DNA of 63,962 nt, filler included, from Octopus bimaculoides (lineage: Eukaryota): assembly GCF_001194135.2 (NCBI RefSeq). It is 4 parts of 4 records of this genome, joined end to end, with 100 filler letters (N's around TTAATTAATTAA, not from the genome) between each part and the next. Parts side by side here need not be neighbours in the genome. Positions count along the whole stretch, not along the records: positions 37,207 to 55,778 come from NC_068997.1; 3 more parts are not named here. One strand, given 5' to 3'. The position numbers and the translations under genes are program-made. The notes below the pieces were generated by a model, which saw only the letters and a list, made by a program, of their open reading frames with translations, searched no databases and had not been told where the DNA came from. Each line of letters opens with the position of its first letter. Position 1 is the stretch's first letter. Below are positions 37,403-51,911 of the stretch, in pieces.

Positions 37403-39066
37403 TGAAGTTTATCTGCCAACATAACGTGGCAGTCCTCACCAGGCCTATGTAACTACTTTTTAACCCCAGGAAAACATGTTTTCCAGCTGGTTTATCGACA
37501 CATGATCTGTGTCCTAGACATACTGTAAGAAAGAGGGCTCACTGCTCCCTACTAGCCGTTGGCATTACCAACAGACGAATGGTTTCTGGGTTATTTCCTT
37601 TCCTCGGTGCTGAACAACCACCTAGCTAGAGACAGCAGCCAGCGGACCTTATTCACAGTATATACTTTTCAAAGAGACACAGTCGCTGATTTCGTAAGAC
37701 GAAAAGCAATTAGTTTTAAATCTCTGATTGAAATCTCTGTAGTAACAGTACTGGATAATAAAGTTCATTTACCAACATAACGTGGAAGTCCTGACTAAAC
37801 CTATGTTACTACTTGTTAACCCCAAGGGGTTCCATGAACAAAATGCTACTTGCATGCACACAAATCAACGAACATCATCTACATGGTTACTGGAATCGCA
37901 AGAAATAGAAGCTAGACGTCCTTTAAATTACATATTTCTATTTTAAAAAGAAAAAAGGAAAAATAAGAGACAAGTGGTCGCATCGAGATCGTCTGTTGAA
38001 CGAAGAGGAGCCAACAACCTCGTGAATTGTCCCTAATAATTCCGATTTCACTATCTATGACTCAACAAAAGAGACTCTTTATAGTCGTTTGATCGGCTAG
38101 AAATATTCGCCAAATTTTCCTAAGATGGAGTTTTTCATAAGTCTCTTCTCAAAAAAGAAAGCTTGGTAAAATATTTACAAAAGAATGTAAACCTGCCAGC
38201 TCGCCGCCGTCTTATAAGACAAATTCTAATGAAGGCATATTAATTTTACTTTTCAAGCGTCTGTAATTGACTGGATAGATTGAAATATGTTACCGGCAAA
38301 ATGTTTTTATCGATTCCAACGGCATTGAATGTAAAATCAACTCCGGCTTTTAAATTTTTTTTTTTTTTCAGGGGACTAAAACAGAAAAGGGAGGTCAGCG
38401 CCCTTTTTCAGGGTCTCGGCGTCTACTGGCAGGAAAAAGGACGTTGTGCTTAGCCTAAAGACCACATCAAATTACTTTCAACAATGTGTACCCAAGTGTG
38501 AAGTGGTAATGCTAAAACGGACGATCGATAGAGTCTACCCTACCACCACCGCCATCGTTACAAATAGGTCTCTCTTGCGAGTTTTTACACAGTTTCCATT
38601 CACCAAATTTCACTCATAAGGCTTTCGTTAACCCTAGGCTCTAGTTAAAAACATTTTCCCAAGGTGCCGGGCAGTACGATTGAACCTACAGTCACGTAGT
38701 TGCCGAATAAATTTCTTAAGCACACAGTATTACTTGCGCCCATAAACCATTTTAATCCAACGAAATGCTCTGAAATTTCTGCTAAATTTCCTCTGACTCC
38801 AGTTGAAGTATGACTCATTTATGAAATTATATCTCATATATATTGTATAAACAATGTTTCCCTAAGATAAAGTTACTAAGGTTTTAACATTAAATCTCAA
38901 TAGACGATATGAAACATCGTAACTAGAAAAAAATACAACGTTTATCTCGAGGCGGAAGCAATCTATTGTAGTTTCTTTGCATGGCATTTCCAGCATAAAC
39001 AATGACTCATACATAAACAGTTGCTACTGGCAAAATATCGATTTCTTTTCCTCTATGCTCTAAAAG

Positions 39067-39288
39067 GTGCCATATATGGATGAAATCGCGAATGGAGACA
39101 ATGTTTCACTGAATAGATCATACAAAGCTAATCTATCCAGTCTTCTTAAAAACACTACAGCGGAGTCAATAAAATTGAAACAAGTCGCAACTTGCAACAT
39201 GTCAGAGACAGCGCAGACGGATTGCAATCAATACGGTTGCCGAGCAAAAGAGAAAGAAAAAAAAAACCTCTTCAATGAATCGATATAA
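39067..39288 (+). CDS. Possible terminal coding exon, product unknown
   Basis: A pyrimidine tract and AAG precede GTG CCA, followed by 73 open codons in unique sequence. No recognisable domain. Confidence 0.2.
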   Translation: MPYMDEIANGDNVSLNRSYKANLSSLLKNTTAESIKLKQVATCNMSETAQTDCNQYGCRAKEKEKKNLFNESI

Positions 39289-40448
39289 TGATGAGTGAAA
39301 ATAAGTTTAAATAGTGTTTGGTATTGAAACTGAGCTGTCCTTCTTCGAAAGTAGAAGTGGAAATATCCAGACGACAGTGATTATTTCGTCACTTATTAAA
39401 TTTTCGTTAACAGTAAATCGAGACTGAAAATTGGGCGCGTAATGTATAATATATACCTCATTTTTTATTCAGTATCATCGAAAGTATTCCAATCTCAGTT
39501 TTTAATATACTGATTGTGATGAGCTGAACCATAACTGAGTCGATAGGGAATGGGGCAGATCAATAGGGCAGCGGACAAATGACTGAAGTGTTTAATATAT
39601 CTTGTTACCATGCTGTTGTGTTTCTGCTGGCATATGGAGTTTCGGTCAACTGCATGGTTTATACTTTACAAGTGTAAGCAAACACTTGATAGCAACATGC
39701 GCCAAGGGGTTTGATGTTAATCTGTCCGCGAATGTTTCTGTAGCGTGTTTTGCACGAGACTGAAATTTGTTGTCATTCCTTATCAATAAATCATCTTTAA
39801 AACTGCACTTTTAAGGACACAGAATAAAAATTATAAAAAAGAAAACTTACTCGAAAAACCAGGTAGGATTAACATCAGGAAGGTTACCCAGTTGTTACAC
39901 TATGCTAGCATTAAAAAGAGAACATCGATGCCAAACTTATTTCTACACGTGTATCGATAAAAAAAAAAAAGACATAAAAATCACCTTGACTCTAGAACAA
40001 ATTAACATCAAGATCCTTACAAATTTCAAGCAGCAGAAAGTTGACAAGAGTTTTGTTGGCCTGCAATGCTTTCCTATTGCTACGACAGAATAATTGTTAA
40101 TCCCTAATNNNNNNNNNNNNNNNNNNNNNNNNNNNNNNNNNNNNNNNNNNNNNNNNNNNNNNNNNNNNNNNNNNNNNNNNNNNNNNNNNNNNNNNNNNNN
40201 NNNNNNNNNNNNNNNNNNNNNNNNNNNNNNNNNNNNNNNNNNNNNNNNNNNNNNNNNNNNNNNNNNNNNNNNNNNNNNNNNNNNNNNNNNNNNNNNNNNN
40301 NNNNNNNGTTTCAGCCAAGTGGCTGCGGTCATGCTGGTGCACCACCGTGAGCATATATATATATTACTTCTTATCAACAAACTAAATTATTCTACTTTGA
40401 ACTGTTTGAATTCACTAATTGCTGATACAGACCAATAATTATAGTGTC

Positions 40449-40900
40449 AGATTAATAGCGGAACTTGAGGCGATTCAGCAATGCTACACAAGGAAGATTG
40501 TATCAATGGAACAGCTGAGCTACTGGGAGAGACTGAAAGAGCTACAGCTCTACTCCCTGGGGTGAAGACGGGAGAAGTATGCAGTGATATATGTGTGGAA
40601 GATACTGGAGGGGCAGGCACCAAAGATTGGAATTGGGAGTTATACCAGACCTCGAATTGGACGTCACTGCGCTGTTCCACAAGTCCCAGCTGTCCCATCT
40701 AAGGTGAGGACCATGTACTGCAACAGCGTGAGATTCAAGAGTTCACACACAGCTGTTTAACGCCTTGTCAAAACACCTGAGGGACCTCCATAGAGTAGAG
40801 ATAGATGTTTTCAAGAAACAACTTGACCTCTTGCTATTCAAGATCCCAGACGAACCAATTCAAGGCTGGAAGCTCAAAAGAGGGCAGCGGTATCGAACTC
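40449..40900 (+). mobile_element. CR1-like LINE ORF2 C-terminal fragment
   Basis: LIAELEAIQ..YTRKI..LSYWERLKELQLYSL..RREKYAVIYVWKILEG...QLFNAL..HLRDL...FKKQLD..L.KIPDEP. Confidence 0.88.
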
Positions 40901-41013
40901 CCTCCTTCACCAAAAGCCAATTACATAGAATTGGCCAATTAAAAGGTGATTACACTGGCGGTGCTGCAGCATGGCCACAACCTTAGGGTTGAAACACATA
41001 ACAGAAACACATA

Positions 41014-41376
41014 GCAGTCCGTTATGGCAGCGGACTCGCGATCGTAGGATCGCGGTTTCGAATCCCAGACCGGGCGTTGGGATTGAGCGAAAACACCTAA
41101 AGCTACACGAGGCTACGGCAGGGGCTGGTGGCGAACCCTGCTGTACTCTTTCACCACAACTTTCTCTCACTCTTACTTCCTGTTTCTGTTGAACCTGTAT
41201 TTCAAAGGGCCAGCCTTGTCACACTCTGTGTCACGCTGAATCTCCCTGAGAACTACGTTAAGGGTACACGTGTTTGTGAAGTGCGCAGCCACTTGCACGT
41301 TAATTTCACGAGCAGGCTGTTCCGTTGATCGGATTAATTGGAACCCTCGTCGTCGTAAGCGACGGAGTGCCACAAT
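41014..41376 (+). mobile_element. tRNA-derived SINE, family D
   Basis: B-box-like GTTTCGAATCCC in the head. The 3' body CAAAGGGCCAGCCTTGTCACAC...GACGGAGTGCCAC recurs at 47580-47782. Confidence 0.8.
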
Positions 41377-42390
41377 NNNNNNNNNNNNNNNNNNNNNNNN
41401 NNNNNNNNNNNNNNNNNNNNNNNNNNNNNNNNNNNNNNNNNNNNNNNNNNNNNNNNNNNNNNNNNNNNNNNNNNNNNNNNNNNNNNNNNNNNNNNNNNNN
41501 NNNNNNNNNNNNNNNNNNNNNNNNNNNNNNNNNNNNNNNNNNNNNNNNNNNNNNNNNNNNNNNNNNNNNNNNNNNNNNNNNNNNNNNNNNNNNNNNNNNN
41601 NNNNNNNNNNNNNNNNNNNNNNNNNNNNNNNNNNNNNNNNNNNNNNNNNNNNNNNNNNNNNNNNNNNNNNNNNNNNNNNNNNNNNNNNNNNNNNNNNNNN
41701 NNNNNNNNNNNNNNNNNNNNNNNNNNNNNNNNNNNNNNNNNNNNNNNNNNNNNNNNNNNNNNNNNNNNNNNNNNNNNNNNNNNNNNNNNNNNNNNNNNNN
41801 NNNNNNNNNNNNNNNNNNNNNNNNNNNNNNNNNNNNNNNNNNNNNNNNNNNNNNNNNNNNNNNNNNNNNNNNNNNNNNNNNNNNNNNNNNNNNNNNNNNN
41901 NNNNNNNNNNNNNNNNNNNNNNNNNNNNNNNNNNNNNNNNNNNNNNNNNNNNNNNNNNNNNNNNNNNNNNNNNNNNNNNNNNNNNNNNNNNNNNNNNNNN
42001 NNNNNNNNNNNNNNNNNNNNNNNNNNNNNNNNNNNNNNNNNNNNNNNNNNNNNNNNNNNNNNNNNNNNNNNNNNNNNNNNNNNNNNNNNNNNNNNNNNNN
42101 NNNNNNNNNNNNNNNNNNNNNNNNNNNNNNNNNNNNNNNNNNNNNNNNNNNNNNNNNNNNNNNNNNNNNNNNNNNNNNNNNNNNNNNNNNNNNNNNNNNN
42201 NNNNNNNNNNNNNNNNNNNNNNNNNNNNNNNNNNNNNNNNNNNNNNNNNNNNNNNNNNNNNNNNNNNNNNNNNNNCACACACACATATATATATGCTAAA
42301 TAAGATGAGACAACAAAACGAAGGCCTTGGTTTTGTTGTCTCCTTTTATTTAACATATACATGCTCACACAAGACCCGCACTCCTCACTC

Positions 42391-42431
<41 letters not shown>

Positions 42432-44262
42432 GAACCGAGAGTCTATTTACGTTCTTCCCATAGCACTCACATAGCCTTAATATATATATATATATATATA
42501 TATTACTATTTTACTCTGTTACTTGTTTCAGTCATTTGAGTGTGGCCATGCTGGAGCACCGCCTTTTAGTTGAAGAAATCGCCCCCTGGACTTATTCTTT
42601 GTAAACCTGGTGCTTATTCTATCGATTTCTTCTGCCGAACCGCTAGTGTTACAGGGACATAAAGACACCAACATCGGTTTCTAACCGATGGTGGGGGCAA
42701 ATCTGTGAATGAAAAATAAGTTCAGACCTCTACATGGTAGGTAGACCTGGTAGAAATAGCAGCCAAATCTCCCTCAAAACACCGCACTGCATTAATGCGA
42801 GAATTCTGCGTATTATGTTAAGAAGTTGGCGTAAAGAATTGCTTTAACAGAAAATGAAGCTGTAAGAATTAACAGGGAAATTGTATGTAAGAATTAATAG
42901 CAGACGTATCCAATTTAAGAAAATTGAAGAGAAAAGCTAAGTGAAGTATGGAATAAGTAATTGTTACACGCTTATAGAAAAACAATTTATATTATAGAAA
43001 TTGATACATACCTGTTGAAGATTAAAACGTATGCAAGAGCATGTATTATCATAGAGAAACTGAAAGACATGAAATGTCCGTTTGTGTGTGTATGTGCGAG
43101 TATTTTTGGCGGGATTTTTGCATTTAGTTGGTTTNNNNNNNNNNNNNNNNNNNNNNNNNNNNNNNNNNNNNNNNNNNNNNNNNNNNNNNNNNNNNNNNNN
43201 NNNNNNNNNNNNNNNNNNNNNNNNNNNNNNNNNNNNNNNNNNNNNNNNNNNNNNNNNNNNNNNNNNNNNNNNNNNNNNNNNNNNNNNNNNNNNNNNNNNN
43301 NNNNNNNNNNNNNNNNNNNNNNNNNNNNNNNNNNNNNNNNNNNNNNNNNNNNNNNNNNNNNNNNNNNNNNNNNNNNNNNNNNNNNNNNNNNNNNNNNNNN
43401 NNNNNNNNNNNNNNNNNNNNNNNNNNNNNNNNNNNNNNNNNNNNNNNNNNNNNNNNNNNNNNNNNNNNNNNNNNNNNNNNNNNNNNNNNNNNNNNNNNNN
43501 NNNNNNNNNNNNNNNNNNNNNNNNNNNNNNNNNNNNNNNNNNNNNNNNNNNNNNNNNNNNNNNNNNNNNNNNNNNNNNNNNNNNNNNNNNNNNNNNNNNN
43601 NNNNNNNNNNNNNNNNNNNNNNNNNNNNNNNNNNNNNNNNNNNNNNNNNNNNNNNNNNNNNNNNNNNNNNNNNNNNNNNNNNNNNNNNNNNNNNNNNNNN
43701 NNNNNNNNNNNNNNNNNNNNNNNNNNNNNNNNNNNNNNNNNNNNNNNNNNNNNNNNNNNNNNNNNNNNNNNNNNNNNNNNNNNNNNNNNNNNNNNNNNNN
43801 NNNNNNNNNNNNNNNNNNNNNNNNNNNNNNNNNNNNNNNNNNNNNNNNNNNNNNNNNNNNNNNNNNNNNNNNNNNNNNNNNNNNNNNNNNNNNNNNNNNN
43901 NNNNNNNNNNNNNTATATATATATAAATAATATACATATATGTATATACCTATGCATATATGGGCACAGGACGTCACAGAACGTAAACAACATGAAATAC
44001 GAAATACGAAAACATGGAATACGAACTTTCTTTACGAACAACGAAAGAAACAAATGGAAAACAAGACAAGCAACATAAGAAAAAAATGACCCTGTGTGTC
44101 AGGAAGCTTACTTCACAGCAACATGGTTCCAGGTTTACTCCCAGTGCGTGCCATCTTGGGCAAGTGCCTTCTGCTATAGAACCGGTCGACCAAAACCTTG
44201 TGAGTGGATTTGGTAGACGGAAACTGAAAGAAGCCCGTCGTATATCTATATAATATTCTTTG

Positions 44263-44324
<62 letters not shown>

Positions 44325-44358
44325 ATATATATATACATATATATTTATATATACACAC

Positions 44359-44389
<31 letters not shown>

Positions 44390-45219
44390 CACATANNNNN
44401 NNNNNNNNNNNNNNNNNNNNNNNNNNNNNNNNNNNNNNNNNNNNNNNNNNNNNNNNNNNNNNNNNNNNNNNNNNNNNNNNNNNNNNNNNNNNNNNNNNNN
44501 NNNNNNNNNNNNNNNNNNNNNNNNNNNNNNNNNNNNNNNNNNNNNNNNNNNNNNNNNNNNNNNNNNNNNNNNNNNNNNNNNNNNNNNNNNNNNNNNNNNN
44601 NNNNNNNNNNNNNNNNNNNNNNNNNNNNNNNNNNNNNNNNNNNNNNNNNNNNNNNNNNNNNNNNNNNNNNNNNNNNNNNNNNNNNNNNNNNNNNNNNNNN
44701 NNNNNNNNNNNNNNNNNNNNNNNNNNNNNNNNNNNNNNNNNNNNNNNNNNNNNNNNNNNNNNNNNNNNNNNNNNNNNNNNNNNNNNNNNNNNNNNNNNNN
44801 NNNNNNNNNNNNNNNNNNNNNNNNNNNNNNNNNNNNNNNNNNNNNNNNNNNNNNNNNNNNNNNNNNNNNNNNNNNNNNNNNNNNNNNNNNNNNNNNNNNN
44901 NNNNNNNNNNNNNNNNNNNNNNNNNNNNNNNNNNNNNNNNNNNNNNNNNNNNNNNNNNNNNNNNNNNNNNNNNNNNNNNNNNNNNNNNNNNNNNNNNNNN
45001 NNNNNNNNNNNNNNNNNNNNNNNNNNNNNNNNNNNNNNNNNNNNNNNNNNNNNNNNNNNNNNNNNNNNNNNNNNNNNNNNNNNNNNNNNNNNNNNNNNNN
45101 NNNNNNNNNNNNNNNNNNNNNNNNNNNNNNNNNNNNNNNNNCACACACACACATATAAATATATACCTTCATATTTATAATGTAGTATGTCTGTTTCTAT
45201 GCATGTATGTATATGTATG

Positions 45220-45253
<34 letters not shown>

Positions 45254-45256
45254 TGT

Positions 45257-45327
<71 letters not shown>

Positions 45328-45865
45328 TGTGTGTGTACACACACACACACACACACACACATAAAGAGAGAAAGAGAGTGAGGAGAGACAGAAGGAGGAA
45401 CGGGAGAGATACATCCATACATACATATTCACACGTAAAAGAAGATAGAGAGAGATTGAGAGTGTTGAATAGAGATTCTATATTTTGTTCCCTTATTAAA
45501 AACAAAATTCAGAGAGAAGTAGGAGAGAGTATGAGAGAAAGAGAAAGAAAGAAAGAGAGAGAGAGAGGGAGAGCATTTGTAAGATAAAGAGAAACATTAG
45601 TGTTTAAGGAAGGTCTGAGTATAGTTAGCTGCCAGCTGTCGTGAAAGGCTCTTTTCCTTTGATTGCTACAAAACCCTCATGCACACCTTGTTTATATCAG
45701 TTGCCAGGTGAGTCACAGAGGCGTTATTTATCAGTACTTTATTGGACAGCAGTCTCATTGGCGGCCACTTCAACAACACGTTGTCTATCTGTGTCTTAGA
45801 AAATCCACCATGTCTTGGTACACACATCTCGCATTCTCGCCGCTAGCTTCGACGTGTTAGCATAC

Positions 45866-45951
45866 CTAACCATGTTGAACGGGGAACAGCAGCAGCGCAC
45901 CTGTGCTCAAATCGTCCGGACTAACGCACCTGCCAGCCACTGTGTCCCTCC
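45866..45951 (-). CDS. Possible terminal coding exon
   Basis: Acceptor CTCTCTGTTTCCTAG after a long pyrimidine tract. The phase-1 frame (G)RDTVAGRCVSPDDLSTGALLLFPVQHG* reads through to the stop while the other two frames stop earlier; AATAAA lies at 45743-45738. Confidence 0.3.
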
Positions 45952-46194
45952 CTAGGAAACAGAGAGCAGACAGTGACAGTATGAGAGAGAAAGAGAGAGA
46001 GAGAGAGAGAAAGGGAGGTGAGAGAGTGAGAGCGAAAGTATGAAAGAAAAAAGGGCCACAGATATGTGCGCGCTCGAGTGTGTATATAGACATATATATA
46101 TATATATGTATGTATGTATGTATGTATATATAAACATATGTATATATAAACATATATATATACACACATATATATGTGCGTGTGTTTATATATA

Positions 46195-46230
<36 letters not shown>

Positions 46231-46347
46231 TACACATATACATACATATATACACACACACACTCATATACACAGGGAGTGTGTGTGAGATAGAGAAGGG
46301 GAGGGAGAGGAGGACGATGTGTGTGTATGTGTATGTGTGTGTGTGTG

Positions 46348-46437
<90 letters not shown>

Positions 46438-48211
46438 CTCTGTGAACGAAGGGGCGATAGAAAGCTGAAGATAAAAAACAAGTGGAGATAGTAGAAATGG
46501 CCAAGTTTCTCACAGAACATAGCTCCACGATGAGTCAACTTCTAACAGCGACAGCTGCAATTTAAAGGAAGATTTTTGCCACAACAGGTCTTCTTAATCT
46601 GGCTTAAATCACATTTTATGTTGTTTCAATGAAATAATAATAATAATAATAATTAATTCGTTTTATTGGCCACAAGGGCTAATATCAATTAAAAACATAT
46701 AAGGACAAAGACAGGACGAAGGTTACAAAAGGTTTTGTCCGAAAAGGTAGGAAAGTTCGTCTAAACAGAGGAAGAAAACGGAGAAAGATATAATAAATAA
46801 ATAGATAAATAAATAGATAAATAAATAAGTAGAACTCCCAAAGGGGGAGGCGCTTCGAAATAATAATAATAATAATAATAATGAAGGTATATAACGCACA
46901 ATAACGTCAAGGGAGCGTACAATTCTTTGGCCACACCTCTAAATGTTGCTGTTACGAGACAGAGCCGACTTCTAAACAATTCATCTTTACTTCAATAAGA
47001 AAATCCGTCGACAGAACAAAAAAAAAAAAATAAATAAATAATAAATAAATACTGATAATAATAATAAAACACTATTAAAAACCAAGAAACAATTGTCCCG
47101 TGATATTCAAATGTTTTGAAGTTTATAACAATTCGTTCGAATGTTGGTTTCAAATTTTGGCACAAGGCCAGCAAGTTCGTAGGTTGGGGTAAGTTGATTA
47201 CATCGACTCCAGGGCTCAACTGACACCCATTTTATCAACCCCGAAAGGATAAAGGGCAAAGTCGACCCCGGCGGCATTTGAACTCAGTACGTAAAGACAG
47301 ATGAAATTCGGCGAGTTGGCAGAATTGTTAGCACGCCGAGCAAAATGCTTGGCGGCATTTCGTCTGTCTTCCCGTTCTGAGTTCAAATTCCGCCCAGATC
47401 GACTTTAACTTTCCTTCTTTAGGGATCAGTTGAGCACTGGCCCCCTTCTTCAGAATCTCAATTCTTGTGACTACCGTAGAAATAATTATTATACAATAGA
47501 ATATTGGACTAAATACAAATGTCAACTAAACTTTTATAGCAAACATTATCAGAGTGGATATATATATATATATATATCACTCTTTCTTCCTGTTTCTGTT
47601 GTACCTGTAATTCAAAGGGCCAGCCTTGTCACACTGTGTCACGCTGAATATCCCCGAGAACTACGTTAAGGGTACACGTGGCTGTGGAGTGCTCAGCCAC
47701 TTACACGTTAATTTCACGAGCAGGCTGTTCCGTTGATCGAATCAACTGGAACCCTCATCGTCGTAACCGACGGAGTGCCACTAAACTAGTTAACAGATAT
47801 TCCCTTGTGATTTTCGTCATCAGCAATACAGTGAAGCAGAGATTGACTCGTTAGAAACCTGTAACTGACGGCGCTATTGTTCATCAGTTGCGATCTAAAA
47901 TATATGTATGAATACAGGAAATCTATTCAGGCAACTTATACCCCGCCATAAAAGCAAATATTGGCTTTCCCTCTTACACAAACAAATCGATGTTTCGTAG
48001 GGCTTATTGTTTATGTCCTTCACAGCCTGCAATTTCCGTTTAGTCATACAATTACTCACGGTCAACCTTTTCAGTAAGATAGTTTGTTGTAGTATGAGAT
48101 AGGATTTCCCGATGTTTTGGAGAAAGAAGTTCATGTTCATTTTTAACATACCATGTTTTAACTCTATTCAACTGATATATTATTCTATACACATTCACAC
48201 AAATTCGGAAT

Positions 48212-48312
<101 letters not shown>

Positions 48313-49400
48313 NNNNNNNNNNNNNNNNNNNNNNNNNNNNNNNNNNNNNNNNNNNNNNNNNNNNNNNNNNNNNNNNNNNNNNNNNNNNNNNNNNNNNNNN
48401 NNNNNNNNNNNNNNNNNNNNNNNNNNNNNNNNNNNNNNNNNNNNNNNNNNNNNNNNNNNNNNNNNNNNNNNNNNNNNNNNNNNNNNNNNNNNNNNNNNNN
48501 NNNNNNNNNNNNNNNNNNNNNNNNNNNNNNNNNNNNNNNNNNNNNNNNNNNNNNNNNNNNNNNNNNNNNNNNNNNNNNNNNNNNNNNNNNNNNNNNNNNN
48601 NNNNNNNNNNNNNNNNNNNNNNNNNNNNNNNNNNNNNNNNNNNNNNNNNNNNNNNNNNNNNNNNNNNNNNNNNNNNNNNNNNNNNNNNNNNNNNNNNNNN
48701 NNNNNNNNNNNNNNNNNNNNNNNNNNNNNNNNNNNNNNNNNNNNNNNNNNNNNNNNNNNNNNNNNNNNNNNNNNNNNNNNNNNNNNNNNNNNNNNNNNNN
48801 NNNNNNNNNNNNNCGGTCGCTGGATTCGATGAACAACCATAAGCAAGTATGCTGTGTATGCATGTATGCATGGATGCATACGTAAGTGTGTGCATGTGTA
48901 TGCGTTCATGGCGTATATGTGTATGCATATTGTGTATGTGCTTATATATGTATGTATGTATGTATGGATGGATGGATGGATGGATGGATGGATGGATGGA
49001 TGGATGGATGGATGGATGGACGGCTGGGTGGGTGGGTGGTTGAGTGCATGAATGTATGTGCATTAAGTAAGTGTATATGTGTATGCATGTATATATCTGT
49101 AAGGGTGCATGCGCCTATGTATGTATTTATACGTATGTGTATACAAAGGTATATTTGTACGCGTATATGCGTGCATATATGTATGTATGCATCTATGTGT
49201 GTATGTATGTATGTATGTATGTATGTATGTATGCGTAAATTTATGTATTTACGTATACGTGTATGCGTGTGTGAAGGCTTGCATGCCATTGCATGTATGA
49301 TCTGTATATATGTTGACTTAGGTGTATCAACAGAGAAATGCTTGTATGTCCGTTTAGATTCCTTTAGGAATATTTTACATATTTTCGTAATTCCGCTTTG

Positions 49401-49503
<103 letters not shown>

Positions 49504-49737
49504 CTTGGGATGAATAGATATTTGTAAGTATACATGTTTGTATGTGTGTGTATATATTTATGTTTGTATGTATATATATGTGTGCATGTATGTCTGTACG
49601 CATGTGTGTATGTATGTGTGTATGTATGTACGTATGTATGAATGTATGTGTGTGCGTGCGTATGTGAGTTTGTACGTAATATATATGCGTGTATAAGCAT
49701 ACATGTATACGCATAAGACATAAGTATGCATGTATAA

Positions 49738-49815
<78 letters not shown>

Positions 49816-51253
49816 TATCTTAATTTCTGTGTTTGCAGGTATGTGTAATTGCTTATGTATGTGTACGAGTGTGTGTATGTAAACATATGTGTACATGTGT
49901 ACGTGAGAGAGAGAGAGAGAAAGAAAGAAAGAAAGAAAGAGAGATAACATGTACATCTATGTTTCTACTTTATTGGTAAGAATTCCTTTCTTTTGGTTAT
50001 ACCAATATTTATAGAAGGAGGAGTATGAAAGATTAAATTGACCCAAGTGTATTGTATTGGTCGAACCCTTGGAGGAATGGAAACACAATGTCGAAGTTGT
50101 GCTGAGAACGTCTAGAAATCGCCCTTAACAATGGCGTCCACTTAATTGTCCGTTATGCTTTTCCTTACGTCATTACCTTTTCACTTTCGATCGCCACAAC
50201 TAAAGATTTACTCTAGTCTCTTTTATTTCTTATCTTTTATCTTTTACTTGTTTCAGTCATTGGACTGTGACCATGCTGGGGCACCACCTTGAAGGGCTTT
50301 ATTCGATCAAATTAATTCCAGTACTTATTATTATTTTTTTAAAGTCTAGTATTTGTTCCATGGGTCTTTTTTCACGAACTGCTTGGTAACGGGAATGTAA
50401 ATAAACTATCAAAGGTTGTCAAATGGAAGCGAAAGACACCACACAGACACACACAAAGACACACAAATGCAAACACATACTCATATACGTATATAAACCT
50501 ACACACACACACACACAGACACACACATATATATATATATACAGATATGTATGCACAAACATACATATATATGTAGAAGAAGAAGAAGAAGAAGAAGAAG
50601 AAGAAGAAGAAGAAGAAGAAGAAGAAGAAGAAGAAGAAGAAGAAGAAGAAGAAGAAGAAGAATGCGACAGAGGAGTTTGACAAAGGAAGATATGGGGAAA
50701 AAGAACAGGAAAATAACAAGAAAAAAAACACAATGGATGCCAGAAGGAATATACGAGAATTTATCATCCATCACGACAATTGTTTCGACACCTCCAGCAT
50801 CGATCCCTCACAAGTGGGACACTCAACAACTGATTCAGGAGCATCCAGCGGTGTAGATGTATCTCATCGTGAGATAAACAGACACAACTCGTTAAAATAA
50901 CAGTTCCGCATTGTATCTTCTCATTTCGTAGAAAGAAAGGCAGCAAAACGAAGGAAATATCTTCATTTACATAAAAGATCAAATCACAGATAGAAAAAAG
51001 AAACGAACACACATTACAGTGAGAAAGTATTAAAAATAACTGTTAACATATATATATATATATGCTGGTGTGTTTACAACCGATGCTGGTCTTTTTACGT
51101 GCCCGTAACTTAGCGGTTCGGCAAAAGGGACCGATAGAATAAGTATTAGGCTTACAAAGAATAAGTCCTGGGGTCGATTTGTTCGACTAAAAGGCGGTGC
51201 TCCAGCATGGCCGCAGTTAAATGACTGAAACATATAAAAGAGTAAAAGAAAAA

Positions 51254-51288
<35 letters not shown>

Positions 51289-51501
51289 GGGGGACGAGAG
51301 AGGAGAGATAGGAGGAGGAAAGAAAAACAGAGAGATACATATGCATGTCTACATATATTACATATGTATGTGTTTATATGTATATGTATATATGTGTATG
51401 CGTGTGTGTGTATGTTAGTTCTGCTGTTTTTGTAAGTTTCGGTGAGGTGTTGGTACTTATTTAATAAAGAATATATTGACGTTTTCAACTTCCTCACTTA
51501 C

Positions 51502-51911
51502 CTTTCTTCACTTTAACTCTGCTGGAAATCAGACTTTTGCGCTTTAGTTCTTTCGAAAATTGTAAAAGTCCTGCGCAGTTCCTCTTCACTTTTGTTTTCT
51601 TGGGTAACACTAATGGGCCGGCAGTTTCACATGTATTCCTTATGTTGATCTTCTCTGTAAAGGGTCTAAATCCTGGCAGATGATTAGTTTCTCGGCTTTC
51701 CTCAAGGATTCCACCCAGTAACGGGAACATACCTGATCCATCTTCTCGACGTTTTTCTTTTAAGCGGACAGGATTAGCATCAAGAACGACTCCCTCATTG
51801 TTGACATCGAAATAAGTTGTTTGCCCTGTAAGTTGCTGCGAAGGCCCACGTTTGCCCAGGTTTATACTTCTAAATGGAAAACTACTTACAGCAGTCATAT
51901 TAAGTTTCCTT
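51502..51911 (-). CDS. Candidate 410-bp coding exon, product unrecognised
   Basis: Acceptor CATTTTCATTATAG, consensus donor AAG/GTAAGT, and 136 open codons in unique sequence containing ATG at 51898. Confidence 0.5.

Noticed and set aside
41173-45422. Long ORFs of 270-400 aa in the track
   Set aside because: They consist of X from N gaps plus dinucleotide-repeat translations. The same applies to the other X-rich ORFs.
46460-46512. CTGAAGA...A-GAAATGGCCAAG
   Set aside because: No U16.1 and no helix II; too degenerate.
47810-47895. Two CTGATGA on minus, one followed by C-GAAA
   Set aside because: No helix I or III can be formed.
50575-50662. Poly-E, poly-R and poly-S ORFs
   Set aside because: (GAA)n microsatellite.
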